Source of the DNA: Chrysemys picta bellii
Lineage: Eukaryota
Assembly (NCBI RefSeq): GCF_011386835.1
Contig: NC_088797.1
Coordinates: forward strand, 34,162,001 to 34,226,000
Direction of reading: 5' to 3'
Length of the DNA stretch: 64,000 nucleotides
Part shown: positions 22,501-34,300 of the stretch, one piece after another
How positions within the stretch are numbered: position 1 is the stretch's first letter
Layout: each line of letters starts with the position of its first letter
The notes under the pieces: model-generated
Seen by the model: the letters and a program-made list of their open reading frames with translations, nothing else
Database searches by the model: none
What the model was told of the DNA's origin: nothing
Program-made: the position numbers and the translations under genes

Positions 22501-24675
22501 CGCCATCCCCCACATGCACACCCTGGCCTCTGGGCCCCGCCTCCCAGGCTCTGCACCTGTTGTTGATGGAGATGTCTCCCAGCAGCCCCGAGTCCTTGTG
22601 GCAGAACTTGACGACAGGGCGGCGGGCACTGTGCACCGCCTGGACACTGTGCACACCTGGTACGCACTTCCGAAGCACAGCTGCCACCAGCTCCAGCACC
22701 TCAGGCACCGTCGCTGTTGTCAGATCAATGTCACTCAGGATGGAGTCCTCTGAGTCAGAGTCTGGCCCTGCCCCCTCCTCGGCCTGCAAGGGGTTGGACT
22801 TAGTGCCCAGCACTCATCATGCCCCCCACCTGCAAAAGTCCCTGCTACCAGTGCCTACCCTGCAACCCTCCAACCCCCCCAGGGGTCCCCGTTACCATCC
22901 ATTCTCACCTGTGCCCCCTGGAGTCCCTTGGCAGATGCCTGGAAGGTTTTTGTTTTCTCCAGGTCCAGGAACAAATCCAGGTCGCAGCCATGGATGTCAA
23001 ATCCATTCACCGATGAGCCAAAGGGGAGGATGGCGCACCCTGCGCGCACACAGGAGGCAAAGGTCACAGCAGTGGCACATCAGGCAGGGACAGACAGACA
23101 CACGTGCACATACATGGAGCTGAAACTTACCAGGGAAGAACTCTGAGAAAACCTCCTGGAACAGGGTGACCAGTAGGTGTCGCAGCCGCCTCTCGCTCTC
23201 GGAGAGCTCAAACAGCTGCACCAGCTGTGACATCTGGGCATCCACCTGGGTGTGTGTGGAGGAGTGAGGGAGCAACATCAAACAGCCCCCCCCACCCACC
23301 ACACACACACGCATAGGATTGCACAGCCCAAAACCCCACCCACCTCATAACCCCCCTCTTCCCTCCTTCCTCCCCACCCCTAAGCTCTGTGAACACACAG
23401 CCCAAACCTCCACTCCAGGGATCATCCCAGCTCCAGACAGCTCAGAACCTCCCCCATACACACACCCTACAGGAGTGTCCCTACTCATGCAGCTCAGCAG
23501 CCACCCTTGCCAGCAGCCAGGAGAGGCCCCAGGTCCCCATCCACACTCACATCATCAGCCTGGCACAGTGCCTGGACCAGCTTTTCAGGACTCAGTTGTA
23601 CATGATGTGCAGATCCCTGCTTCTTGGGAGGCATGTACTTGAATTCCTTCTTCTCCCGGGGCTTCACCCGCAGCCGCTGCCCCCCCAGGCAATGCTCAGG
23701 CTGGGCCAGCACCTTCTCCATCACCTCCTGGTCTTGCAACTCCACAATAGCATAGACCCCCTGCGAGCGAAAAGCACAGGCTGTTAGTAACAGGGAGGGG
23801 TCTCATCCACGCCAGGGAGCCCCTGGCCTGACCATGGGACTCACCTTGTCTTTATCCATCACCACACTGGCCACGCCCCCGAAGGCCTGAAAGTACTCAC
23901 TCAGCTCAGGGGCTGATGTACCCTTGTGGAAGCCACTGACAAAGACACTGCGCAGCTCCTGGTCTTGGCGTTTGGCACGCAAGCTCTCCAGCCGCTGGTG
24001 CTTCTTCCCCTGCAGATGATCTTGTAGGCTGGGCTCTGCAGGGGAGACACATGCAGCTCAGGAGTGATGGGGAAATGCAAGGGCAGAGGCAGGGTGGGGT
24101 TGAAGGTCACACTGTCCCCAGACTGCAACTCCCTCAAATACTGACATCCCTGACCCAGAGGACAATCTTTAACTTGACACTAACCCCCACATGGCAACTT
24201 CTGACTTAACACCTCCCACAAGCACTCCCAGTCTGCGACCCCTGACCTGGATGGAGACCGAGACATCTACACCCACAATGCTGCTTTGTTTGCCCTAACA
24301 CTAACCCCTGGCTCCCCAAACACACCATAACACCCCAACACTGACCCCGATTGTGACCTCTGACCTGCATGGTGACAGCAACCCATCCAGGTTATGGTCC
24401 AAAGGTGTCACGTCCTCTGACCGATTGTTACTTCTGACCCCAGGACCAGACCTCCTATAACCTCTTACCTAAGTGGTGCCATAACCCCAACACTGCAGCC
24501 CCACCGAGTGTGATCTCTGATCCCGACCCCCCAACTTCTACCCCCGTCCAGACCCCCACGCCCAGGTGACTCGCGACCCCGGTGACCCCGACCCCCCCTC
24601 ACTGTTGGCCGCAGTCACATGACATAGGCGGCAACGGAAACCTCCGCGGGGCAGCGACTCCACATCCGGCTCCAT
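19573..24675 (-). CDS. TUT1: U6 snRNA terminal uridylyltransferase / Star-PAP, 10 coding exons, 766 aa
   Basis: Exons 24675-24603, 24035-23845, 23760-23551, 23245-23131, 23039-22909, 22783-22557, 22201-22092, 21949-21827, 21724-21632, 20600-19573 (2301 nt). Zinc finger CRLC...HLQGKKH, RRM SVFVSGF, nucleotidyltransferase [19 protein letters not shown]-associated [14 protein letters not shown]. Confidence 0.96.
20690..21121 (+). mobile_element. Probable LTR 3' fragment with an internal 131-bp duplication, in the last TUT1 intron
   Basis: AATAAA near 20746, repeated gtaaagtt(a/g)ggtgcc at 20866 and 20997, and a terminal ...gtaaca. No TSD found. Confidence 0.45.
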
Positions 24676-25262
24676 CCCGGGACCGAACTACGCACCACCG
24701 GAAGTGTTTCCTCCTTGATCTTCCCTACCAGGAAGCACTTCCAACGGAAGTGCCCCATCTAGCGATCGCTTCTACCGGAAGTGGCTTGACGCCACTATAA
24801 CTTCCGCCGGACGTGGTCCGTTCCGTTCCCATTCCTACAACGTAGGTGGGGCTAATTGGAATATGCCGTATTGTAGCGTAGGGGTTGACACCTTATTAAT
24901 AATCACGAGTGGGGCGCGCTGATTGGTGGAAGAGGGGGCGTGTTTGCGCAGGGTCCGCGGAGAACGGGAGACGCTGAGCCGCTCCCTCCGGCTCGGAGCC
25001 TCCCCCAGCAGCGGGGGGGACCCTAATATCTAGATACCCCCGGGGCCGGAACAAGTAGAGATCCCTCTCCGGCTCCTCCCCCACCCCCGGCAGGGGCAAG
25101 TGGAGACTCTGCTTCCCAGCCCAAACACCCCTTCCTGCCCCCCACTCCTAAATACCCTCCCACTTCCCAGCCCCATCCCTGCCCGCAGCCCCTGTAGAGC
25201 CTCCCCCTAGGCTTGCTCTCTGGAGGTCGAGCTGTTCTCCCCCGGGGGGCTGCAGCTCCCCC
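24676..25262. promoter_or_regulatory. CpG-island bidirectional promoter region, TUT1 / HARBI1-like gene
   Basis: ETS motifs CCGGAAGT (24698, 24775), ACGGAAGT (24744), ACTTCCG (24800); inverted CCAAT at 24855 and 24922; GC boxes. The two start codons are 588 bp apart and divergent. Confidence 0.75.
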
Positions 25263-27026
25263 ATGGCGCTGTACCTGCTGGCCCAGCGTGCCCATGCCCG
25301 CCGGCGGCGGCGGGTGCCCCAGGAGCGGGTGTTCAAGCCCCGGATCCAGTTCCTGAACATGCCAGAGGAGCAGGTGATGCGGCGCTACCAGCTCAACCCT
25401 GAGATGATCCGAGACCTGTGCCACGCACTAGAGTGTGACCTGCAGCCCTCGACTGGCCGCAGCCATGCTCTCCCTGTTTATGTCAAGGTGACGGCTGCCC
25501 TCAACTTCTACACCTCAGGCACATTTCAGACGCCGGCGGGCGACGCAGCTGGCATCAGCCAGGCCAGCATGTCCCGCTGCGTCTCCCAAGTCACGACCGC
25601 CCTGACCCGCCGTGCCAACGCCTACATCCGCTTCCCCTTCCAGCCTCGGCAACAGGCCCGCACCAAAGAAGAGTTCCTGCGCATTGCTGGCTTCCCTAAC
25701 GTGCTGGGCACGCTGGGCTGCACCCACGTGGCCCTCAAGCCGCCCTCGGATCATGAGAACCTCTACCGCAATCCACTGCGCTTCCACTCCATGAACATGC
25801 AGCTGGTGTGCAATGCCCACGGCATGATAACCCATGTGGTGGCCGAGTTCCCTGGCTCTGTGCCGGATGCCCACATCCTCAGCTGTTCCAGCCTCAGGGG
25901 CATCTTTGAGGGGCACCAGAACCTGGATGGCTGGCTGCTGGGTGAGCCATGGCCTAGGGGCCCCTCCGTCAGTTGCCCCACCTGCCAATCTCATGCACCT
26001 GTGGCACCCCTTACTTGGCTGTCCTCACTCTCCAGTGTCTCCACTGTCCACCACAGAAGTAGGACTCTTATCTCAGCAGAGTAACCTGGATCCCACTCCT
26101 AGCCCATCACAGCAGCCCTGCCTGCACGTAGGAGCGAGGGAAGAAATCAAGGCTCCCTGCACCAGCCATAAACCACAGGCCAAGCTCCAGTGGTGAGATT
26201 GCTCAGGGTGGTTTGAACACAGGTTGTGTGGTGAAGGCTCCATGACAGCTGCTGGTCACCTGCATCCTCCACCCCAGCCTGAATTCCCTGCTATGTGCAG
26301 GGGGCCCTGAGGGAGTGCCCACCCACCTACCAGATTCTGCTAGCTGCCTCAGCCTGCCCTGCCCCTCCCATAGGGGAGTGGGGTACACTGTGTCTTGATA
26401 GGCCCTTCCTCCCTCTTGGAGCATCATGGACACTTGCAACTTCCAAGCTGCCCAAGAGAGGGAAGGGCCCCCATTATTCCACTCCCCTGAGCCTGTCAGG
26501 GCCCCTGCCCAGAGCCTGATTGGAGTTGGCATCCTATAGAGGGGAGAGGCCCCATCTTAAAGCCTGGAGACTGCCATGGGGATGGGTGGAAGGCCAGGGA
26601 CAGCCAGCGAGTCAACCTGCATAGCATAACCCCTGTGTCTGGTTCTCCACAGCGGATGGCACCTACCCCCTGAAGCCCTGGCTGCTGACACCTGTGGAGG
26701 CAGCAGAGACAGCAGCTGAGCAGCGATACAATGCAGCGCACATGGCCACGCAGGCTGTGGTGGGACGTACAGTGGGGGCACTAAAAGGCCGGTTCCGGTG
26801 CCTGGACCAGGCAGGGGGGGTGCTCCAGTACAGCCCCCTCAAGGTCTGCCACATCTTTGTGGCTTGCTGTGTCCTGCACAACATGGCTGTGGGGCGGGGC
26901 ATTGCCATGCCTGAGGGGGTGGAGCTGGGTGCCAGGCTACCTGATCAGGCTTCTCCCCACCCTGAGCCCCTCTCCCAGGAGGCCCAGTGCCTGCGGCAAG
27001 AGCTCATCACCAGCTACTTCAGCTGA
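25263..27026 (+). CDS. HARBI1-like Harbinger (PIF) transposase-derived protein, 2 coding exons, 350 aa, DDE triad degenerate
   Basis: Exons 25263-25941 and 26653-27026 (G|gtgag ... cacag|CG). Motifs ALNFYTSGTFQ, GISQASMSRCV, FHSMNMQLVC, FPGSVPD, YPLKPWLLTP, LKGRFRCLD, ACCVLHN. Open frame, good start context (cccATGG). No symbol given because it is probably not the HARBI1 orthologue. Confidence 0.92.
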
Positions 27027-27574
27027 GGGACAGCCTGGGCCCCTGACCTACATGCATGTGGGAGGAGATGCAGGGGCTGGAAGCCAGCCCATAGATGTGG
27101 GGGGGGTGGGGGAGGGGAAGAGTTTGTGGTGGTGGAAGGGCAAAGCTCTCTGGGTTGGACTATGGGCCATAGCCCTACTAGAGCCAGCCCTGTTTCCCTC
27201 CCAGCCCTTTGGACTGGTGGGGAGCACATACTTTCCCTGAGACAGACAAACAGCAAGAGGCTTTGTTTGTGTAGGACCTACACTCACAGACAGCAAAGGC
27301 TAGGATCCTGCTGCCGCCGCAGAGAGCGGACTGGGCTGCTGGAGCCATTTCCCCGAACCCAGCCACCTCCAGGGGAGGAAGCTGGCACGCTGGCAGCACT
27401 GGAGAAGGTACAGAGGGCGCTCTCTTGTGAACCACACACAGATCATAGGTGGCCCCCTGGCAACTCTTCCCTGCTAGGACATTAAACTGGCTCTTTGGCG
27501 CTGGACTGTGCCTGATTTTGAGTTGCGCCTCAGAGGGTCGGGCCTTATCACCCTTTGCTTCCTTCCCAACACCC

Positions 27575-27592
27575 CACACACACACACACACA
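27575..27592. repeat. (CA)n microsatellite
   Basis: Read directly from the sequence. Confidence 0.85.
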
Positions 27593-27799
27593 AACTGGCT
27601 CCTTCTCCTCCTCCCCCCCCCTCGCTCTGGGACAACAGGGCCCAGCCCCAGGGTAAGATGCAGCTGCCCAGCATAAAGAGCCCCCTCCCTCAGTAGACCC
27701 CATGAACTGAGGGCTCCATCCACCTCCTGTCCCTCTCCCGCCAAGTGAGCCCCAGCCACCTCCTCCCCCAGCAGTGGGCAGGTGAAGAAAAGGCGTTGG

Positions 27800-27805
27800 T
27801 TTATT
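27800..27805 (-). terminator. Polyadenylation signal AATAAA for MTA2
   Basis: tttatt about 500 nt past the MTA2 stop codon. Confidence 0.65.
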
Positions 27806-28310
27806 TCCTGGTTGCTATAAGAACTGGTTACAGGTCGAGTTAAAAAACAGACATTCTCCTCTCTGATCATGTACAAAACCCAGGCCCGGCTGGGGGGGTG
27901 GGGGAGGTGGAGCTGGGCCCAGCTGGGGACATGGGCTCGGGGGGGGGGTGGGGGCAGAGCTGTGGCTTGTGGGAAATTAGCAGAGACAGCAGAACCAACA
28001 CAGGGAAAGACGAGAAGTAACTGCATTTGGGGAGAGGGGGCAGACGGAGTCCCTGGCTCCCCACTTCAACCTCCCCACGATCCTAACATGAACACCCCAG
28101 CCCTGAAGAGGGAGTGGGAGTTTGTGGAAATAAAAATATATTTTAAAAAAGTGGAAGCCACACCCCTGCTCCTCACACCCCTGGGCTGATCCCTGAGGGG
28201 GCTGGGGAAGCCCCAACGGGGACACGTGGAACCAGGCACTGCAGCCCAGCCTGCCATGTACACAGGCTCTGGAGAAGGGGGAGATGCGGCTCTGGGAAGA
28301 GGGGCTAGGC

Positions 28311-31300
28311 TCAGTCCTCCAGGATGATGGGTTCACTGGTGCTGGCAGGGTGGGCTGGGGGCCCCGGCACCAGCGGCGCTACCACAGGCCGTATGGGCAG
28401 CACTGGCTTCACCTTGAGTGGCAGGTTGGGCCTACGGGCAGCTCGGCGCATCTCCAGGTGGGTGAGAGCCTTGCGCAGCGCCCTGCAGGAGACAGACAGT
28501 GGGTCAGAGTGGGACAGCCTGCAAGCAGGGGGGCAGGGCCCCTCCAAATACCCCCCCCAGGCAGCTGTAGGTTCAAGCAGGCACAACCCAGATAGCTCCT
28601 GCTGCTGCAACACACAGAGCCCTCAGCTCGGTGAGGGGCAGCAAGTCACAGCAAGAATGAGGCCACAGCCCCTGCCCTCCTCCCAGAGGTTGGGGGGAGA
28701 GAAGAGATGGAATGCCCTCCCCCATTTGAAGACTAGTGGGTTGGAGTGGGGGGTGAGACTAACCCCCCCAATTTTACCCCGTCCAACTGAGAGCTTTGAT
28801 TCTTCCCCAGTTGGCCTTGGGGTGCTCCCCACCAATCCGCTCCCATTACCAGGTGTCCCCTCTGCCTATCCCCCCACCTGCCATGATTTCCCCCATTGCC
28901 TGGTGGGACCTGTCCTCCGTGAGCTAGTGACTCCCCTTCCCCCACATTACCTGGGGCCCCCTCTGCCCCTCACCCCCAAGGTACCTGGTGTCCTTAGTGG
29001 CCACGAAGACAACAGGGTTGGGGGCATCAGCTGGGTTCAGCTTCTGACGCTTGACAGCTGGCTGGGCACTCGACCGCATCCCCGAGGTCATAGGTCGGCC
29101 ATTGGCCGAAAACGGGACCCCGCTCCCTGCCACCTGCACCAATCACAGACCAGAGCCATCAGCTGGGCCTTACCCCCTCCTCTGCATGGACCCCACCCCC
29201 TACATCAATCACAGACCGGAGCCATCAGCTGAGCCCCACCCTCTGTTGGGACCCACTAACCTGACTCCCATGGGGTTGCCTGAGCAGCGCCCCCCTTCGG
29301 AAGGGGTTCTGGAGCACAGGCAGGAAGTTCTGACAGCGAGCACCCACCCATGGGTGGGGACCCCCTCCCCCGTCACTCATGCCATCGCTGCTCCCCACCC
29401 CAGTGTGTGTGCATGGCACTCACGCTGTCGTATGCCCTCTTGCCCACGATGCCGGCCAGGCCCCGGTTCTGACTCATTTGGTTCCGGTTTATGGGCGTCT
29501 TGGTGCCGCGTGGCGTTTTTGGTTTCAGAGGGGCCTGCGCAGCTGGAAAACCAGACAGCACCATTAGGATCCCACAGCCTAGTTCATCGCCCTCTGCCCC
29601 TCCCCAACATCTTAACTCTCCATCCACCCCCACCCCAATATATTAATCAAACAGAGCCCTCCCCCACCACAATGCCCCACTGCACCCCCATGAGGATTCT
29701 GCAGGGCTGCACCCCAACCTCCCCTTGGGCATTCCTTAACTTGCACTAACTGGGGGGGCTTGCGGTTGGTGGTGTCCATGGGAATTCCCCTCTAAGTGTA
29801 TGAGCCCACATGCAAGATGGGAATCATTTGCCCAGCAGTGCCCGTTGGGGCCACACCGGTGTCCTGTCTGCCCTGTTCCCTCTCCGCACACCTGAGGATA
29901 TGAAGGGCGGCGTGGCCATGACCATCCCTCTGTTCCCTCGTGTGTGTGCCTGCACAGATCTCATCCTAGGTGATTGACCAGCAGTCCCACCTCCCTGGTG
30001 CCATCAGTGGCCCTGAACAGTGATTGGAACATGGCCTTTCTGAACCTGGCCTCTGGGCTTAAAGCCCAGTCTAGGGCACAGCTTTGGACACAGGGCAGTG
30101 GGTTATTCCAACGGGAGGGTTCCTGAAACATGCAGAGGAGGCAGCCTGACCTCTGGCTGAAAAAAGCTGTGATACCTGGGGAGAGGAAACACCTGCCATG
30201 TGATAACACTAGAATCCACTGGGGAAGCCATTGAGATGGACTCTAGGAAGAGACCACTTGTCCCTTAGCAATGCCAGTTAATGCAACCAAAAGGTGGGGA
30301 GACTGGTCCTACTAGGTAAGAGAACAGGGCCGTAGAGATCTCTCCAGCATGGAGCTACTTCTTTCCCCCCCAAAAGGAATTTTATTTAGGAAAGAAAACA
30401 GGGAAATTCACTTTCTGGATTCAGTGGGAATCTTAAAACAACTTTAGGAAGTAGTCTTGCCATCCCCTGATCTGGATGAAACATGGTATAATGGAGTCAG
30501 GAGACTTGGAGTTTGCCGATGTGCTTGGCTGATGGAATGGCCACCAGAAGAGCCACTTTGAGAGTAAGGTGCTGAAGGGAATATTCAGAGATGGGCTCAG
30601 AGGTGGCTACATGAGCCCTGCCAGGCCTTTAGTTGGCTTTCTAACTGTTGGAGGAACAGTAGGGGGGAGAATACACCACATGACTGACTGGGCTGGCATG
30701 CTCTAGCTGCTGCAAGGTGGACCTTGACCGAACTGATCTAGAGTCCACAGAGATTCAGATGCAGACCACACAGTCAAGATTCTTGACACCAGGGCTTTCC
30801 AGAGAGTCATGGCTACATGGTTGCTCCCAGACTGAGGATCTTCTCATTGTGAGAAGTTGGTTCTCCTCGTGGAGGGCTTTCTGCTTGGTAAAATCAGTCC
30901 TCAGACTTGCAATGAACAGGCTCTACTGGCCACCCTTAACCAGCCAACACAAGTAGGTAGTTAGATGTTTGCGTCTGGCTGGAGAATCTGGCCATGATTC
31001 TGAGATACTATATCAGGACAATCTGGTAGTGCTATTGAAGGCAGAGGTGACATTTGAATGAGATCCAGCAACTAGAGAGATGGTTGTAGGCAGTCTCATC
31101 TCTCCCAGAGACGATGATTCCCCTATCTGAAGCTGGTCCATCCGAGCACCCCAGCCTGTCCCAGAAGCATCTGGGACTGAGGTCTTTGTTGGTGGAAGGA
31201 TGGAGATGCAGAGCTTCTGTCCACCAGTTTAATGATGACAGGATATGAATTGGGACGATGACGTGCACATCTGTCTTGTAAGGCAATATACGGACCTGAG

Positions 31301-34300
31301 CCAGCCCTGTGCTGGGGGAGGCGAAGCCTAGCTAGCAGCAGCATGTCAGAGCAGCTTAAGAGTCGAGGACAGGTTTTCAACATGGCTGATTGATTTAATT
31401 TGATGTAGGAGGTCACAGAGTTTAAGCCAGGAGGACTATGAGGGCATCTAGTCTGACCTCCTGTATAGCACAGACCACTCAACCCCACCCAGTTAACTCA
31501 GGCTATTGGGCTCAATAACCTGGAGTAGACTAAGTATTACAGCCCTCTCGGGACTAAACTAGTATGTGCCACAGGCAGAGACTAGGAGGGAGCAAAGTGC
31601 ACTACTGCTTGAGGCCCCTGCCATGGCCAATGATTATCTGGGGAAATCTCTCCTCGGGAAGGTACACCACTGATGAACTGGGAATCAGTCAGAGCTACTA
31701 TGAACCATCTGTGGAGGGATAATTTGCTGGAATTTATCATCATCAAGACAGGAGAAATTCCAGAAGCCTGGAAGAGGACAAATATAGTACCAATCTATAA
31801 AAAGGGACATAAGGACAACCCAGGGAATTACAGACCAGTCAGCTTCAGTAGCCGGAAAGATAATGGAGCAAATAATTAAGCAATCAATTTGCAAACACTT
31901 AGAAGATAATAAGGTGATAAGTTACAATCAGCATGAATTTGTCAAGAACAAATCCTGTCAAACCAACCTAATAGTGGTCTTTGACAGGGTAACAAGCCTT
32001 GTGGCTAGTGGGGAAGCGGTAGACGTGGTATATCTTGACTTTAGTAAGGCTTTTGATACTGTTGTGCGTGACCTTCTCATAAACAAACTAGGGAAATACA
32101 ACCTAGATGGAGCTACTATAAGGTGGGTGCATAACTGGTTGGAAAACTGTTCCCAGAGAGTAGTTTTCAGTGGTTCAGTCAAGCTGGAAGGGCATAATGA
32201 ATGGGGTCCCACAAGGATCGGTTCTGGGTCCGGTTCGGTTCATCTTCATCAATGATTTAGATAATGGCATAGAGAGTACACCTATAAAGTTTGCAAAGAT
32301 ACCAAGCTGGGAGGGGTTGCAAGTGCTTTGGAGGATAGGATTGAAATTCAAAATGATCTGGACATCAGGTTCGAAGTAAGTAGTATGAAATTCAGTAAGG
32401 ACAAATGCAAAGTACTCCACTTAGGAAAGAACAAGCAGTTGCACACATACAAAATGGGAAATGACTACCTAGGAAGGAGTTCTGCAGAAAGATCTGGGGG
32501 GGGGTCATAGTGGATCATAAGCTAAATATGAGTCAACAATGTAATATTGCAAAAAAGGCAAACATCCTCCTGAGATGTATTAGCAGGAATGTTGTAAGCA
32601 TGACACGAGAAGTAACTGATAAGGCCTCAGCTGGAATATTGTGTCCAGTTCTGGGCGCTACATTTCAGGAAATGTGGACAAACTGGAGAAATTCCAGAGA
32701 AGAGCAACAAAATTGATTAAAGGTCTAGAAAACATGACCTATGAGGGAAGATTGAAAAAATTAGGTTTGTTTAGTCTGGAGAAGAGAAGACTGAGGTGGG
32801 GACGTGATAACAGTTTTCAAATACATAAAAGGTTGTTGCGAGGAGGAGGGAGGTAAATTGTTCTCGTTAAGCTCAGAGGATAGGACAAGAGGCAATGGGC
32901 TTAAATTGCAGCCAGGGAGGTTTAGGTTGGACATTAGGAAAAACTTCCTAACTGTCAGGGTGGTTAAGCACTGGAACAAATTGCCTAGGGAGGTTGTAGA
33001 ATCTCCGTCATTGGAGGTTTTTAGGAGCAGGTTAGACGCACGCCTGTTAAGGATGGTCTAGTTATTACCTAGTCCTGCCTTGAGTGCAGGGGACTGGACT
33101 AGATGACTTAGTAAGTTCCCTTCCAGTTCTATGATAAGGAAGATTTTCTTGAATAGGCCAAGGACAAAATCTAGGGAAACTTCCTGATGGGGCTGCCTAG
33201 ACATCCATGCTCTGTCTCTTCAGGTACTTTGTGAAGACTCTTGGTCCTCTGGAGAGACCAAAGGTCAGCACCTTGCAGTAATAATGGTTGACCCTACAGT
33301 CAGAGACACTTCCATAGCATGATCACTCTAGCCCACAGGAAGGGCACATCCTGTAAGTCTGGAACCACAAACCAGCCTTGAGCCTGTAATGAAGGGATGA
33401 GGGATGCGAGCGTTGCCATCCAGGAAGGTGCATATGTGCCTGTTCGGTCTTCTCAAGTTGAGGATGGGATGTGGTCCCCCTTTTTTCTTGGAATAAAGAA
33501 TTATCAGGAGTAGAAACCTCTTCACTGCTCCTAGGCAAAGCAGGGAGGCCACTTGCAATTGGTTTTCATGAGAAGGGCCCCTGGAGAGGGACAGGAAAGG
33601 GGGCAGAGACTGGAACGGGAGTACCCTGGGAGATAACTTATAGTACCCATTGGTCAGTAATTACTCCACTCCACATCAGAGTGAATAAAGGTGGCATCCC
33701 AAGCTAAGGTTGGGGAGAGCAGCTCTGGATTGTGACTCTTGACCTCTGTGTCAAACCTGCTCCCCAGACAATGAAGTTGGGATGGCTAGTGGTGCATGAG
33801 AAAACCTGGGCTGCTGCTGCGAGCAGATGGCTGTTCCTTGCCTGATCTGGCTTCCTTCTGTAGGCCGGGGTACGAATGCCCAATGATCGCAGCAGGTCTC
33901 TGGAATCCTTCAGGGAATGTAGAGCATGATAGTACAGGCTAAATATCTTTTGAACAGCCAGTCTGAAATGGTATTCTGAAACTCCTTTGGGACACCTGGT
34001 GCTTTTAGCCACGTGGTGACTCCCACAGCCATGGATCTAGCTGCATATCCCAAGCATCCATGGCTGCTTGGAGAGAGGTTTGCACCAGTGACAGATGTTA
34101 TTGCCTTTAGATATTGTCTATCCTCTTAACAAAGTCTACTGATAAAGGGAGCTACTTTCTCCCAAGTTAGAGTCCGACTCAGAATAGTGCTTGGTAATTT
34201 GCTATCTGTACCTGGAAAGAGGCAGAGAAATAAGCTTTTCTACCCGAGAGGTCAAGCTTTCTATTCGGGATTTTGTCTTTCAGAGTAGACATCAGTGGAC

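Noticed and set aside
25942-26084. Read-through of ORF 25263-26084 as a single-exon 273-aa protein
   Set aside because: Homology stops at a canonical G|gtgag donor and resumes in frame at 26653.
25263-27026. Assigning the symbol HARBI1
   Set aside because: The N-terminus, the DDE status and the neighbouring genes differ from human HARBI1 as I recall it. Orthology needs a phylogeny.
28324-29232. 302-aa plus-strand ORF antisense to the MTA2 3' exons
   Set aside because: Low-complexity G/P-rich translation, expected by chance at this GC content.
29134-29240. Duplicated motif of about 30 bp creating an alternative MTA2 acceptor 66 nt upstream of exon 17
   Set aside because: The extension contains an in-frame TAA and has a poor pyrimidine tract, so it is unlikely to be productive.
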